Assembly (NCBI GenBank): GCA_937934305.1
Contig: CALHAG010000021.1
Span: 34,564-58,563, forward strand
Length of the DNA: 24,000 nucleotides
Reading direction: 5' to 3'
Origin: Candidatus Caldarchaeum subterraneum
Lineage (GTDB): Archaea > Thermoproteota > Nitrososphaeria_A > Caldarchaeales > Caldarchaeaceae
How positions within the stretch are numbered: the stretch's first letter is position 1; every line of letters begins with the position of its first letter. The notes under the pieces are model-generated. The model was not told where the DNA came from and made no database searches. It worked only from the letters and a program-made list of their open reading frames with translations. This document shows, piece after piece, positions 1-8,308 of this stretch. A program made the translations under genes and the position numbers.

Positions 1-360
1 AGGCGCATCAAGCATCTCTCCACCCTTCTCCTCTACACGACGCGCCATCTCCCTCGAGAAACCTGGAGAAACAGTCGACATATCCACCACAACACATCCC
101 GGAGCCAATCCCTCCAAGACACCGCCCCGACCGAGCAAAACCTGTTCAACAGCCTTCTCATCGGGCAGCATGGTTATGACACATTCAGAAGATTCTGCCA
201 CTTCCTTCGACGAGCCACATGGAGTGGCTCCGAGAGAAGCGAGCTCCTCCATAGGTGCCTTGCTACGGTTAAACACAGCCATCTTAAACCCATGTCGCAG
301 AAGATTCTTCGCCATCGGCTTTCCCATGAGACCAAGCCCTATGAACCCAACCCGCTCCAT
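1..360 (-). CDS. NAD(P)-dependent beta-hydroxyacid dehydrogenase (3-hydroxyisobutyrate / tartronate-semialdehyde reductase family); N-terminal 120 aa only, gene runs off the left edge
   Basis: Not in the ORF track because there is no stop in the window. The reverse complement of 360..1 reads without stops: MERVGFIGLGLMGKPMAKNLLRHGFKMAVFNRS...ECVITMLPDEKAVEQVLLG...VVVDMSTVSP...GGEMLDAP. It has the GxGxMGxxMAxNL Rossmann motif plus the MLP and DAP(VSGG) motifs typical of this family. Confidence 0.8.
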   Translation of the reverse strand, partial: MERVGFIGLGLMGKPMAKNLLRHGFKMAVFNRSKAPMEELASLGATPCGSSKEVAESSECVITMLPDEKAVEQVLLGRGGVLEGLAPGCVVVDMSTVSPGFSREMARRVEEKGGEMLDAP

Positions 361-435
361 GACAATGAATCTTTAAAGGCTGTATGTAGGTTTTTTACTT
401 GGTGTTCCCCCGTTTTCCATGCGCTGAACAAAGTA

Positions 436-1131
436 ATGAAGCAGCGTTCACAGCATCTGTACCCCGTGCCCGTTAGGGTTGAGGATTTGGCGAGCCTCGT
501 AAGGCTGGCGTCTTCGCGATGGGACTACATACCTCATCTCATAGCCTTTCGACACGGCCAACAAACCATAATCGCATATCTTCAGACTATGCCTCTGGGA
601 AAAGTAAACATCCCCATGCTTTTCCACACCACAGCACCGGAGCCTGTGAAAAAATATGTCGTTTACACAGCTCTGGAAAAAGAGGAGACAAGACTATCCG
701 ACCAGCCCGAGACAGGCCGCTACATCTCCTATCCAATAATCCACGCAGACCCACCGCCCCACATCTTGGAGAAAGCAATAACCGGCAAACATGTAAGAAA
801 AATCCGCGGCATCGAGAAGATAAAAGTCAAGGCTCTCGACTCGATTATGCGCCTGGTTTCAGCGATGACTGACGAGTCGTTCAGCCCACCGGTGTGGTGC
901 TACAGGTCCCGAAACGGTTACAACCTCGCCGTCCTATACCCTGTATACGAATACTACGACTCAATAGCTCTCCCCTTCCTCTACTACGTCGAAGTGGAGG
1001 AGAAGCCGCCCGCGCCCTTCATCGCATACTCGCCCACCCTCGGCAGGGAGAGCATACGTTACACAAACTCCGTCTCCGATACACGCTACTCCTACGGTCG
1101 GCTGATATTTCTCGAAAAATTCATCGTTTAG
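436..1131 (+). CDS. Hypothetical protein (231 aa), no family recognised; apparent internal duplication
   Basis: Track ORF 292..1131. The first 48 codons overlap the conserved dehydrogenase N-terminus on the other strand, so the ATG at 436 (MKQRSQHLYPVP...) is the likelier start. AT-rich elements at about 370-399 lie upstream. The composition looks like ordinary coding sequence, unlike the R/P/S-rich alternative frames 519..872 and 894..1199. Confidence 0.55.
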   Translation: MKQRSQHLYPVPVRVEDLASLVRLASSRWDYIPHLIAFRHGQQTIIAYLQTMPLGKVNIPMLFHTTAPEPVKKYVVYTALEKEETRLSDQPETGRYISYPIIHADPPPHILEKAITGKHVRKIRGIEKIKVKALDSIMRLVSAMTDESFSPPVWCYRSRNGYNLAVLYPVYEYYDSIALPFLYYVEVEEKPPAPFIAYSPTLGRESIRYTNSVSDTRYSYGRLIFLEKFIV

Positions 1132-1270
1132 CCTCCCACAGCTCCTTTCTGAGAAGGTCCCGCACCGCAGTCCTCATGAGAGCGCTACGGCTCGGATAAA
1201 CACCTTTCTTAATCAACTCATCCATACCGTCAATCAAGGCTTCAGGCATCTTTACCGATATCAGCTTCAT
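1121..1270 (-). CDS. Ribbon-helix-helix (CopG/Arc-MetJ type) DNA-binding protein, 49 aa
   Basis: Below the ORF-track size cutoff. Reverse complement from ATG (1270) to TGA (1121): MKLISVKMPEALIDGMDELIKKGVYPSRSALMRTAVRDLLRKELWEAKR. The pattern is a beta-strand (ISVKMP), helix (LIDGMDELIKKG), YPSRS turn and helix (ALMRTAVRDLL), the classic archaeal CopG-family RHH signature. Confidence 0.7.
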   Translation of the reverse strand: MKLISVKMPEALIDGMDELIKKGVYPSRSALMRTAVRDLLRKELWEAKR

Positions 1271-1295
1271 ATCGGAAAGCGTATTACCAGAGGGA

Positions 1296-1303
1296 GTATA
1301 TAG
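1296..1303 (-). promoter_or_regulatory. TATA-box-like element for the RHH gene
   Basis: CTATATAC on the minus strand, about 30 nt upstream of the ATG at 1270. This spacing fits a leaderless archaeal transcript. Confidence 0.35.
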
Positions 1304-1333
1304 CTATGACGCGGCTCTAAGCAGGGAAAACTC

Positions 1334-1342
1334 TATAAAAAA
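1334..1342 (+). promoter_or_regulatory. TATA-box-like element for the thermosome gene
   Basis: TATAAAAAA preceded by purine-rich GGGAAAAC (BRE-like), 34-42 nt upstream of ATG 1376. GGGTGA, just upstream of the ATG, partly matches an archaeal SD. Confidence 0.4.
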
Positions 1343-1375
1343 CCACAGGCCGCGCATAGGTAGGGTGAATGTAGT

Positions 1376-3031
1376 ATGGCTGCAACAGTAGGAACAGCTA
1401 CTCAACCTGTTATAATTTTGAAGGAAGGCGCCAAGCGGATGCGTGGAAGAGAGGTGCAGAGCGCCAACATAATGGTGGCCAAGATAATCGCCGAGACCAT
1501 GAAGTCCTCGCTGGGGCCCCGTGGCATGGACAAAATGCTCGTAGACAGCTTCGGCGACATCGTGATTACAAACGACGGCGCAACCATCCTCAAGGAAATG
1601 GATGTCGAGCATCCCGTGGCCAAGATGTTGGTGGAGGTTTCCAAGGCTCAGGATGAGGAGGTAGGCGACGGGACGACATCCACGGTTGTGCTTGCAGGTG
1701 AATTGTTGACGAAGGCAGAAGAGCTCATCGAGAAAGAGGTTCATCCAACCCTCATCATCGAGGGCTACCGGAAAGCCGCTGTAAAAGCTCTGGAGATCCT
1801 CGACGAAATTGGTGTCAAAGTCGACCCAACAGACAAAGCTCTTCTCAAAAAGGTTGCCAAAACATCGATGATCAGCAAGCTGGTGGCGGAGGAGGCGGAT
1901 TACTTGGCCGACTTGGTGGTTGAAGCGGTGACGAGGATAGCGGAGAAAGTAGGCGACAAATGGGTCGTGGACCTCGACGACATCAAGCTGGAGAAGAAGG
2001 AAGGCCAGTCGCTCCATGACACGAAGCTGATCGAGGGCGTTGTGCTGGACAAGGAGGTCGTCCACCCCGACATGCCGAAGCTAGTCCGCAACGCGAAAAT
2101 CGCCCTACTTGATGCAGCTCTCGAAATAGAGAAGACAGAGTTTGACGCAAAGCTCAACATAGAGTCGCCCGAGCAGATGCGCGCATTCATGAAGCAGGAA
2201 GAGGACATGCTGCGGCAGATGGTTGAAAAAATCGTCTCAACCGGCGCCAACGTAGTGCTGTGCCAGAAAGGCATCGACGACTTGGCGCAGTATTTCTTGG
2301 CTAAGAAAGGAGTGCTTGCTGTTAGGCGGATAAAGAAGAGCGACATGGATAAGCTGGCCAAGGCGACAAAAGGCCGCGTCATCTCCCGCATCGACGACCT
2401 AACACCCGAGGACCTTGGCAAGGCAGCTCTCGTTGAAGAGAGGAGGGTCGGTGAGGATAAGATGGTCTTCATAGAGGGCTGCGAGAACCCGCGTTCACTA
2501 ACCATCCTGATACGCGGCGGCACACAGAGAATAGTCGACGAGGCGGAGAGGTCTCTGAAAGACGCCATCAACGTTGTGAAGGATGTGATTGTAGAGGGTA
2601 AAGTGATTGCGGGAGGGGGAGCATCTGAGCTGGAGACCGCGCTACGGCTTAGGGATTATGCCAAAAGCCTGCCAGGCAAGGAGCAGCTGGCTGTGAACAA
2701 GTTTGCCGAGGCTCTTGAGGCTATACCGTCCCAGCTGGCGGAGAGCTGTGGCATGGACCCGATAGAGGCTATTGTGAACCTCACCTCCAAACACAAGGAG
2801 GGAAACATCAACTACGGAATCAACGTCTTCAAATCGGAGCTCGCCGACATGAAGCAGCTCGACGTGTTAGACCCTCTGCTCGTCAAGAAGCAGACCATCA
2901 AGTCCGCCGTCGAAGCAGCCGCGATGATTCTGAAGATTGACGACATCATAGCGGCCTCGAGGCTGGAGACACCGGGAGCAGGTAAGAAAGGAGAGAAGGA
3001 AGAAGGCGGAGTTGGCGAGTCAGAAGACTGA
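1376..3031 (+). CDS. thsA: Thermosome subunit (group II chaperonin, Cpn60/TCP-1 family)
   Basis: 551 aa with the hallmark motifs [48 protein letters not shown] and VIAGGGASE, and a G/E-rich C-terminal tail. Confidence 0.97.
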   Translation: MAATVGTATQPVIILKEGAKRMRGREVQSANIMVAKIIAETMKSSLGPRGMDKMLVDSFGDIVITNDGATILKEMDVEHPVAKMLVEVSKAQDEEVGDGTTSTVVLAGELLTKAEELIEKEVHPTLIIEGYRKAAVKALEILDEIGVKVDPTDKALLKKVAKTSMISKLVAEEADYLADLVVEAVTRIAEKVGDKWVVDLDDIKLEKKEGQSLHDTKLIEGVVLDKEVVHPDMPKLVRNAKIALLDAALEIEKTEFDAKLNIESPEQMRAFMKQEEDMLRQMVEKIVSTGANVVLCQKGIDDLAQYFLAKKGVLAVRRIKKSDMDKLAKATKGRVISRIDDLTPEDLGKAALVEERRVGEDKMVFIEGCENPRSLTILIRGGTQRIVDEAERSLKDAINVVKDVIVEGKVIAGGGASELETALRLRDYAKSLPGKEQLAVNKFAEALEAIPSQLAESCGMDPIEAIVNLTSKHKEGNINYGINVFKSELADMKQLDVLDPLLVKKQTIKSAVEAAAMILKIDDIIAASRLETPGAGKKGEKEEGGVGESED

Positions 3032-3269
3032 AGCAAAAACGGCCCAGCTCCGCCTAACAAAATATGAAAAAGCCCGCATCATAGGCGGCCGGGCCCTGCA
3101 ACTTTCTCTTGGCGCATTTCCCCTAGTTGAGGTGCGGCCGGGCGACAGCAACATCGACATAGCTAAACGCGAGTTTGAACGCGGGGTTCTCCCCATCATT
3201 ATTCGTCGGAAAAGGTTTGACGGAAGCTATGTCGACATTCCGCTAAAAGAGCTGCTCGGAAATGAGTGA
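3012..3269 (+). CDS. rpoK: DNA-directed RNA polymerase subunit K (Rpo6)
   Basis: [21 protein letters not shown]...[33 protein letters not shown] matches the Rpo6/RpoK core. The only possible start in frame is TTG at 3012, 20 nt inside the thermosome 3' end. Confidence 0.9.
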   Translation: MASQKTEAKTAQLRLTKYEKARIIGGRALQLSLGAFPLVEVRPGDSNIDIAKREFERGVLPIIIRRKRFDGSYVDIPLKELLGNE

Positions 3270-3459
3270 TGCGGAGGAGCGGGGATGGAGAGACGCGTTC
3301 ACACTCTTGGTAGCCGTTGCTCTCATTCTGTTTGCTCTTGATTTCTTGTTAGGGTTCCAGCTTACTTTTCAGTTCTTATTTTTTGCAGTGTATTTCCCGA
3401 TTTTCTTTTCAGGAGCCGTTTACCTGTTTAAGCGTTTGAGGAGATTGCGCAGGTATTAG
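3262..3459 (+). CDS. Small predicted membrane protein (65 aa, two hydrophobic segments, basic RLRRLRRY tail)
   Basis: The ATG overlaps the rpoK stop (AATGAGTGATG), suggesting coupling. There are two TM-length hydrophobic stretches. No family recognised. Confidence 0.5.
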   Translation: MSDAEERGWRDAFTLLVAVALILFALDFLLGFQLTFQFLFFAVYFPIFFSGAVYLFKRLRRLRRY

Positions 3460-3536
3460 CTACAGGATTCTGTGGTAATAAGAATGTGAAGATAGACATA
3501 CAGCGATAAAAGAAAGCGATTTTTCTTGTTGAGCGG

Positions 3537-4631
3537 ATGTTTCGCAGCGGGGTAAAAGACCTTAGGGGGTGGAGTGGAAGAGCAGCGCGTTTCCACTACA
3601 ACAGGTCACGCGAGATAATCAACGAAGTTGTCCACTCCTTCCTCAACATCTACGGCCCCGACGAGCTTGTCCAAGGCTTTGCGGAGCCCTTCTTCACAGA
3701 CTTCGTCATAACAGCGGCGGGATTGGATGAGACATCAGCGGACTCAACCCTTTACATGGGCTCCATGCTGAAGGAGGTTATCAGCCCACGTGACGGCGCC
3801 GCGGTTCTGGGCGGCAGGTTTGCGACGAGGTTCCGCATCCCGAATGAATTGCCAGAGGTGGCGAAGCTCTTCGGATTCTCCGAGACGATGGTTGAGCGGC
3901 TGCTTTACTGCAGCAGAATGGTTGCTAAAACAGATAGTGTGGCGCTGCAGGACGGCTTCGACCTATATTTTCACATGATGATTTTGTCAAGCAGCGGTGT
4001 CTGGACTGTTATACAGCAAAGCCTTAACCCCTACACCATGGCTGTCCGCCGCTACCACTGGTTTTCGGGCCGGGTGAAAAGCTTTGTTGACGAACCTCAC
4101 ACAGGCATAGTCTCTGACGAAATTAGGCAACGTGTTCTGGACATGACGGCAAAAGCCAGCAGCGAGTCGAGGCGCGCTTCTCTCGAGGTTCTTGAGAGGG
4201 ATGTGTCGAAGCTGCAGAGGCTTCACATGTTCGGCCGCCTCACAAACCAGACAACTCTTGATGACGAGGGGAAGAGCGTGGCCGATTTTCTCAGGCCGAT
4301 GGAGAGAATAAACTGGACACTCGTCTACAGGCTGGGGGAGCAGCAGCCCAAATCCTACGAGGAGCTGCTGGCCGTCAAGCAGGTTGGACGCGGAATCATT
4401 CGGCTGCTCGCCTTCGGAGTCTACATGATGTACGGCGTCAAACCCAGCCTACGCGACCCCGCATACCCACCCTCACAATACACAGCCAGATATGACGAAT
4501 CCTATTTCCTGTGGCGTCTGCAGCAGCTGGTTGATGCGATAAAGTCGTCGACGCTGGCGCCTGAGTTGAAGCGCTACTCTCTCCACAGGCTTGGCGAGGT
4601 TTTCGGCGAAGGTGAACCTGTCTCTGCCTAG
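3537..4631 (+). CDS. Conserved hypothetical protein, possibly a divergent DUF763 (COG1415)-like protein
   Basis: 364-aa ORF with clean coding character. The central block [17 protein letters not shown]...[20 protein letters not shown]...FVDEPHTGI resembles my recollection of the DUF763 core (AKVD..QDGY.LYHH...W.VVQQGM...ARRYHW..EPH). The family call is not verifiable here. Confidence 0.5.
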   Translation: MFRSGVKDLRGWSGRAARFHYNRSREIINEVVHSFLNIYGPDELVQGFAEPFFTDFVITAAGLDETSADSTLYMGSMLKEVISPRDGAAVLGGRFATRFRIPNELPEVAKLFGFSETMVERLLYCSRMVAKTDSVALQDGFDLYFHMMILSSSGVWTVIQQSLNPYTMAVRRYHWFSGRVKSFVDEPHTGIVSDEIRQRVLDMTAKASSESRRASLEVLERDVSKLQRLHMFGRLTNQTTLDDEGKSVADFLRPMERINWTLVYRLGEQQPKSYEELLAVKQVGRGIIRLLAFGVYMMYGVKPSLRDPAYPPSQYTARYDESYFLWRLQQLVDAIKSSTLAPELKRYSLHRLGEVFGEGEPVSA

Positions 4632-5701
4632 GCTTTGCCTGCTATGAAGTCTTCGACCATCTGACGGGCGACGTCGTCAGGATACTGTTTCGGCGGCGAT
4701 TTCATGAAGTAGGCTGAAGGCCCCTCGAGAACTCCGCCTATGCCCCTGTCTTTCGCGATTTTGATGCATCTGATAGCGTCTATGACGACTCCCGCTGAGT
4801 TTGGGCTGTCCCATACCTCGAGCTTGACCTCCACGTTTAGGGGCGCGTTTCCGAAAGCAGAGCCTTCAAGCCTTATGTATGCCCATTTACGGTCCTCGAG
4901 CCATGGAACATAGTCGCTTGGGCCGATGTGAATGTTTTCAGCCGGTATCTCATAGGGTATCAGTGATGTGACTGCCTGTGTCTTCGAAATTTTCTTCGAC
5001 TGCAGTCTCTCGCGCTCCAGCATGTTGAGGAAATCTGTGTTGCCTCCGAAGTTTAGCTGATAGCTTCTCTCTATCTTTACGCCTCTGTCGACGAAGAGTT
5101 TTGTCAAGACCCTGTGCAAAATGGTGGCGCCTACCTGTGACTTGACGTCGTCGCCGATTATTGGGACGTTGTGTTTGGCGAAGATTTCCTGCCACCGTTT
5201 CTCCCTCGCGATGAAGACGGGGATGCCGTTGACGAACCCTGTCCCCGCCATCAAGGCTTGCTCCACGTACCACTTGGTCGCCGACTCGCTGCCGACTGGG
5301 AGAAAGTTAACCACCACATCTGCACCAGTGCTCTTCAATACATCTGCGACATCTACCGTCGGTGAATCATGTTTGACAACCACGTCTCTAAGGTATTTGC
5401 CGATGCTGTCATGCGTCATCCCCCTCATCACCTCCACTCCGAGATGCGGGACGTCGGCGAACCTGAGGGTGCAGTTGGGCTTCTGGAAAATGGCTTGGGA
5501 GAGGTCCAGCCCAACCTTGTTCTTGTCGATGTCAAAGGCTGCGACAAACTCGATGTCGCCCACATGGTATCCGCCGAGCCGTGGATGCATGAGGCCCGGA
5601 ACAAAGGTGTTGTCGTCCACGTCCTTGTAAAAATACACCCCCTGCACAAGCGCCGAAGCACAGTTACCGACACCAATTATGGCCGCCTTAATCTTGGGCA
5701 T
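4628..5701 (-). CDS. ino1: myo-inositol-1-phosphate synthase
   Basis: 357 aa: [49 protein letters not shown]..., [33 protein letters not shown]. This is the archaeal/bacterial short MIPS signature. Confidence 0.95.
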   Translation of the reverse strand: MPKIKAAIIGVGNCASALVQGVYFYKDVDDNTFVPGLMHPRLGGYHVGDIEFVAAFDIDKNKVGLDLSQAIFQKPNCTLRFADVPHLGVEVMRGMTHDSIGKYLRDVVVKHDSPTVDVADVLKSTGADVVVNFLPVGSESATKWYVEQALMAGTGFVNGIPVFIAREKRWQEIFAKHNVPIIGDDVKSQVGATILHRVLTKLFVDRGVKIERSYQLNFGGNTDFLNMLERERLQSKKISKTQAVTSLIPYEIPAENIHIGPSDYVPWLEDRKWAYIRLEGSAFGNAPLNVEVKLEVWDSPNSAGVVIDAIRCIKIAKDRGIGGVLEGPSAYFMKSPPKQYPDDVARQMVEDFIAGKA

Positions 5702-5750
5702 ATTTGCTAAGTGTTTGGGAGCTCTAAATACTTTACGCTCATAAAATAGT

Positions 5751-6068
5751 TCAGGCCAGCCGCGAAACCAGTTCTTCTAAAAACGTCTTTGCTTTCTTCA
5801 AGGTATCCTTGCCCTTGGGTGTCAGAGTATAGTATCGGCGAGAGGGGCCTCTGCTGCTTCTCGACTCCTCCACTACCTTGATTAAGCCCGCTCTCTCTAG
5901 TCTATAGAGCACAACGTAGGATGTTACTTCTCCAGGTTTGAAGCCGAATTCTTTCTCTATCAAGGCTCTGATTTCGTATCCATAAAGTGGCCTTTTGCTG
6001 AGCAGGGTGAGGATGTAGAGCCAAAGGTTTTCATGTGTAAGCTTTCGCACAAGCCTCTCGTAAGCCAT
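5751..6068 (-). CDS. PadR-family transcriptional regulator
   Basis: [49 protein letters not shown]...[14 protein letters not shown] is a canonical PadR wHTH. The ATG at 6068 (MAYERL) is preferred over the track's TTG at 6080. Confidence 0.9.
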   Translation of the reverse strand: MAYERLVRKLTHENLWLYILTLLSKRPLYGYEIRALIEKEFGFKPGEVTSYVVLYRLERAGLIKVVEESRSSRGPSRRYYTLTPKGKDTLKKAKTFLEELVSRLA

Positions 6069-6144
6069 CGTCTTTTCCAATCGATGCGTGGATTAAAGGC
6101 TTGGCTACAGATAGGTTGATATGCAGCTTCTACGGTTGCGTTGC

Positions 6145-6294
6145 ATGGTTAAGACACTTCCTGTGAAGAAGAGGTTGGCTAAGGAGATGCGACGCGCTTG
6201 GCCGACGCCCGCGTGGGTGGTTGCCAAGACACGCCGCCGAGTCCGCTCATCCAACAGAAGAAGAAGCTGGCGCCGCAGCAGGATAAAGCCTTGA
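6145..6294 (+). CDS. rpl39e: 50S ribosomal protein L39e (eL39)
   Basis: Below the track cutoff. ATG 6145 to TGA 6294: MVKTLPVKKRLAKEMRRAWPTPAWVVAKTRRRVRSSNRRRSWRRSRIKP. It matches the eL39 pattern (K.RLAK..K.N...P.WV..KT.RRV......R.WRR.K.K). Confidence 0.85.
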   Translation: MVKTLPVKKRLAKEMRRAWPTPAWVVAKTRRRVRSSNRRRSWRRSRIKP

Positions 6295-8268
6295 TTATTC
6301 TCCCTTAAACTCTGGCTTACGTTTGGCGAAGAAAGCCGATATCCCCTCCATGAAGTCTTTGGTGAATAATAGGTCGGCGAAAAACATTCTCTCCATGGCT
6401 AGCCCCTTGCTCAAGGGTGCTTCACGGGTCATGTAGATGAGCTGTTTGACGGCTCTCACCGCGAGCGGCGGCTGTGAAGCAAGCTTCTCAGCAAGGGTCT
6501 GAACCTCCTGCTCAAGGTTCTCCGGCTTGACAACCTTGTTCACCAAACCAATCCTGTACGCTTCTTCCGCTGATATGCGGTTTCCGAGCAACGTTAGCTC
6601 AAGGGCCCTGGCGACGCCTATCAGCCTCGGCAGCCTCTGTGTCCCACCAGCGCCAGGTATGAGTCCAAGGTTTATCTCGGGTTGGCCAAACTCAGACCTA
6701 TCAGTCGCTATTCTGATGTCGCATCCCATGATAAGCTCGCATCCTCCGCCGAGGGCGTAGCCGTCTATGGCCGCTATCACCGGCTTGGGCATAGACTCCA
6801 AGATGTTCATCAACTCTTGGAAAGCTCTTAGAAACTTTTCCGCATCCTGCCTCGTCTTGATTTCGGTGAAGGCTGTTACGTCGGCGCCGGCTGAAAAAGC
6901 TCTCTCACCAGCTCCCCGTAGAACCACGACCCGTGTCTCTCTATCGCTCCAAGCCTTCAGCAAAGCATCCGTCAACTCCTCTATCATTTTAGGAGTAATT
7001 GTGTTGAGTCGATGAGGCCGGTTTAGGATGATTTTTGTCACAGGGGGTTTTCTCTCCACCAATATCTCGGAGTAGCCTGTTTCAGCAGCTGCGTATGCAT
7101 AGAACCCGGCGCCAGTCTTGACGCCGAGTTTGCCTTGATTAACCAGCTCCATGATTAGGGGATCTGGCTTGTAGAAATCTCCATAGCGCTCCGCCGCTTT
7201 TGTCAACGCCGCGGCCACTTTGTCGAGGCCCAGCTCATCAGCATATTGGAAAACACCCTTAGGCCAGCCTAGGCCAAGCTTCACACCTGTTTCAACATCC
7301 TCAAGCGAAGCTACACCGTTGCGGACAATCCAAGCGGCCGAGTTTATCGCCGGAGCCATCAACTCCACCAAGTCAACCTTTTCACCAGCTTCACGCGGAA
7401 TGCTCGGCCTCTCATACGCCCCTCCCCGGTACTCGTAAAAGCCTTTACCGCTCTTCAGCCCATAGTTTCCTTTCTCATATAGTCTCTGGAACTGCGAACA
7501 TACGGGCGGCGTGTTGGGGTCTCTCTCCTTGATGGATTTGCTGGCTAAGACGATGACGTCTATTCCTGTGTAGTCGGCGAGCTCAAACGCTCCCATCGGT
7601 AGGCCGAGGCGATAGCGGAGGGCCGAGTCAATTTCCACAACGGAGTAGACACCTTCTTCAACGAGTTGGCAGCTGTGGTTGAGAAGAGGCGTCAGTATCC
7701 GGTTCACGATGAAACCCGGCACATCCTTCCTACATATGACGACTGTTTTCCCCATCTTTTTCCCTATCTCGACAGCCTTGTCCAAAGTCTCCTGAGAAGT
7801 TTTTTCACCTGCTATGACTTCGAGCAACGGCATGAGTGGCGGTGGGTTGAAGAAATGCATGCCCACTACTTTCTCAGGTCTGTTTGTGGCGGAGGCTATC
7901 TCAGTTATCGGTAATGTGCTGGTGTTTGTAGCGAGAATCGCGTGGGCGGGAGCGTTTTGGCTCAACAGTTGGAAGATGTTTTTCTTTATCTTGATGTCTT
8001 CAGGAGCTGCCTCGATAACCAAGTCGCTGTCGACAACCGCTTCAGCCAGATTGGTTGATGTCCTTATTCTGGCAATCGCCGCATCAGCAGCCTCCTTCGT
8101 AATTCTTTTCTTCTCCACAAACTTCTCCAAGCTCCACCTTATCTTCTCCAGCCCCTTCGCCAAAAACTCCTCCGCAACATCCACCATCACAACATCAAAA
8201 CCAGCTAAAGCAGCCACCTCTGCGATACCGTGACCCATAACACCCGCTCCAACAACAACTACCTTCAA
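6295..8268 (-). CDS. Bifunctional 3-hydroxyacyl(butyryl)-CoA dehydrogenase / enoyl(crotonyl)-CoA hydratase (dehydrogenase N-terminal, hydratase C-terminal)
   Basis: 657 aa, TTG start. The N-terminus has KVVVVGAGVMGHGIA (Rossmann), ATNTSTL and GMHFFNPPPLMPLLEV, plus two 3HCDH C-terminal repeats (GLKSGKGFYEY, GVKTGAGFYAY). The C-terminus has the crotonase fold AFSAGADV...GGGCELIMGCDIRIA...FGQPEINLGLIPGAGGTQRLPRLIG. Confidence 0.9.
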   Translation of the reverse strand: MKVVVVGAGVMGHGIAEVAALAGFDVVMVDVAEEFLAKGLEKIRWSLEKFVEKKRITKEAADAAIARIRTSTNLAEAVVDSDLVIEAAPEDIKIKKNIFQLLSQNAPAHAILATNTSTLPITEIASATNRPEKVVGMHFFNPPPLMPLLEVIAGEKTSQETLDKAVEIGKKMGKTVVICRKDVPGFIVNRILTPLLNHSCQLVEEGVYSVVEIDSALRYRLGLPMGAFELADYTGIDVIVLASKSIKERDPNTPPVCSQFQRLYEKGNYGLKSGKGFYEYRGGAYERPSIPREAGEKVDLVELMAPAINSAAWIVRNGVASLEDVETGVKLGLGWPKGVFQYADELGLDKVAAALTKAAERYGDFYKPDPLIMELVNQGKLGVKTGAGFYAYAAAETGYSEILVERKPPVTKIILNRPHRLNTITPKMIEELTDALLKAWSDRETRVVVLRGAGERAFSAGADVTAFTEIKTRQDAEKFLRAFQELMNILESMPKPVIAAIDGYALGGGCELIMGCDIRIATDRSEFGQPEINLGLIPGAGGTQRLPRLIGVARALELTLLGNRISAEEAYRIGLVNKVVKPENLEQEVQTLAEKLASQPPLAVRAVKQLIYMTREAPLSKGLAMERMFFADLLFTKDFMEGISAFFAKRKPEFKGE

Positions 8269-8308
8269 ACTATGTCGAGATAAACTTGTAACCTGGGATA
8301 TTTAATCT

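Noticed and set aside
292-435. 5' extension of the orphan ORF (track start 292) and the 170..376 + ORF
   Set aside because: This region encodes the strongly conserved Rossmann N-terminus of the dehydrogenase on the minus strand. The ATG at 436, downstream of AT-rich promoter-like sequence, is a better start.
1304-2571. Long minus-strand ORFs (1304..2065, 253 aa; 1900..2571, 223 aa) antisense to the thermosome gene
   Set aside because: They lie wholly opposite a highly conserved chaperonin CDS. Their products are low-complexity and S/L/R-rich with no recognisable motifs. They are typical shadow ORFs.
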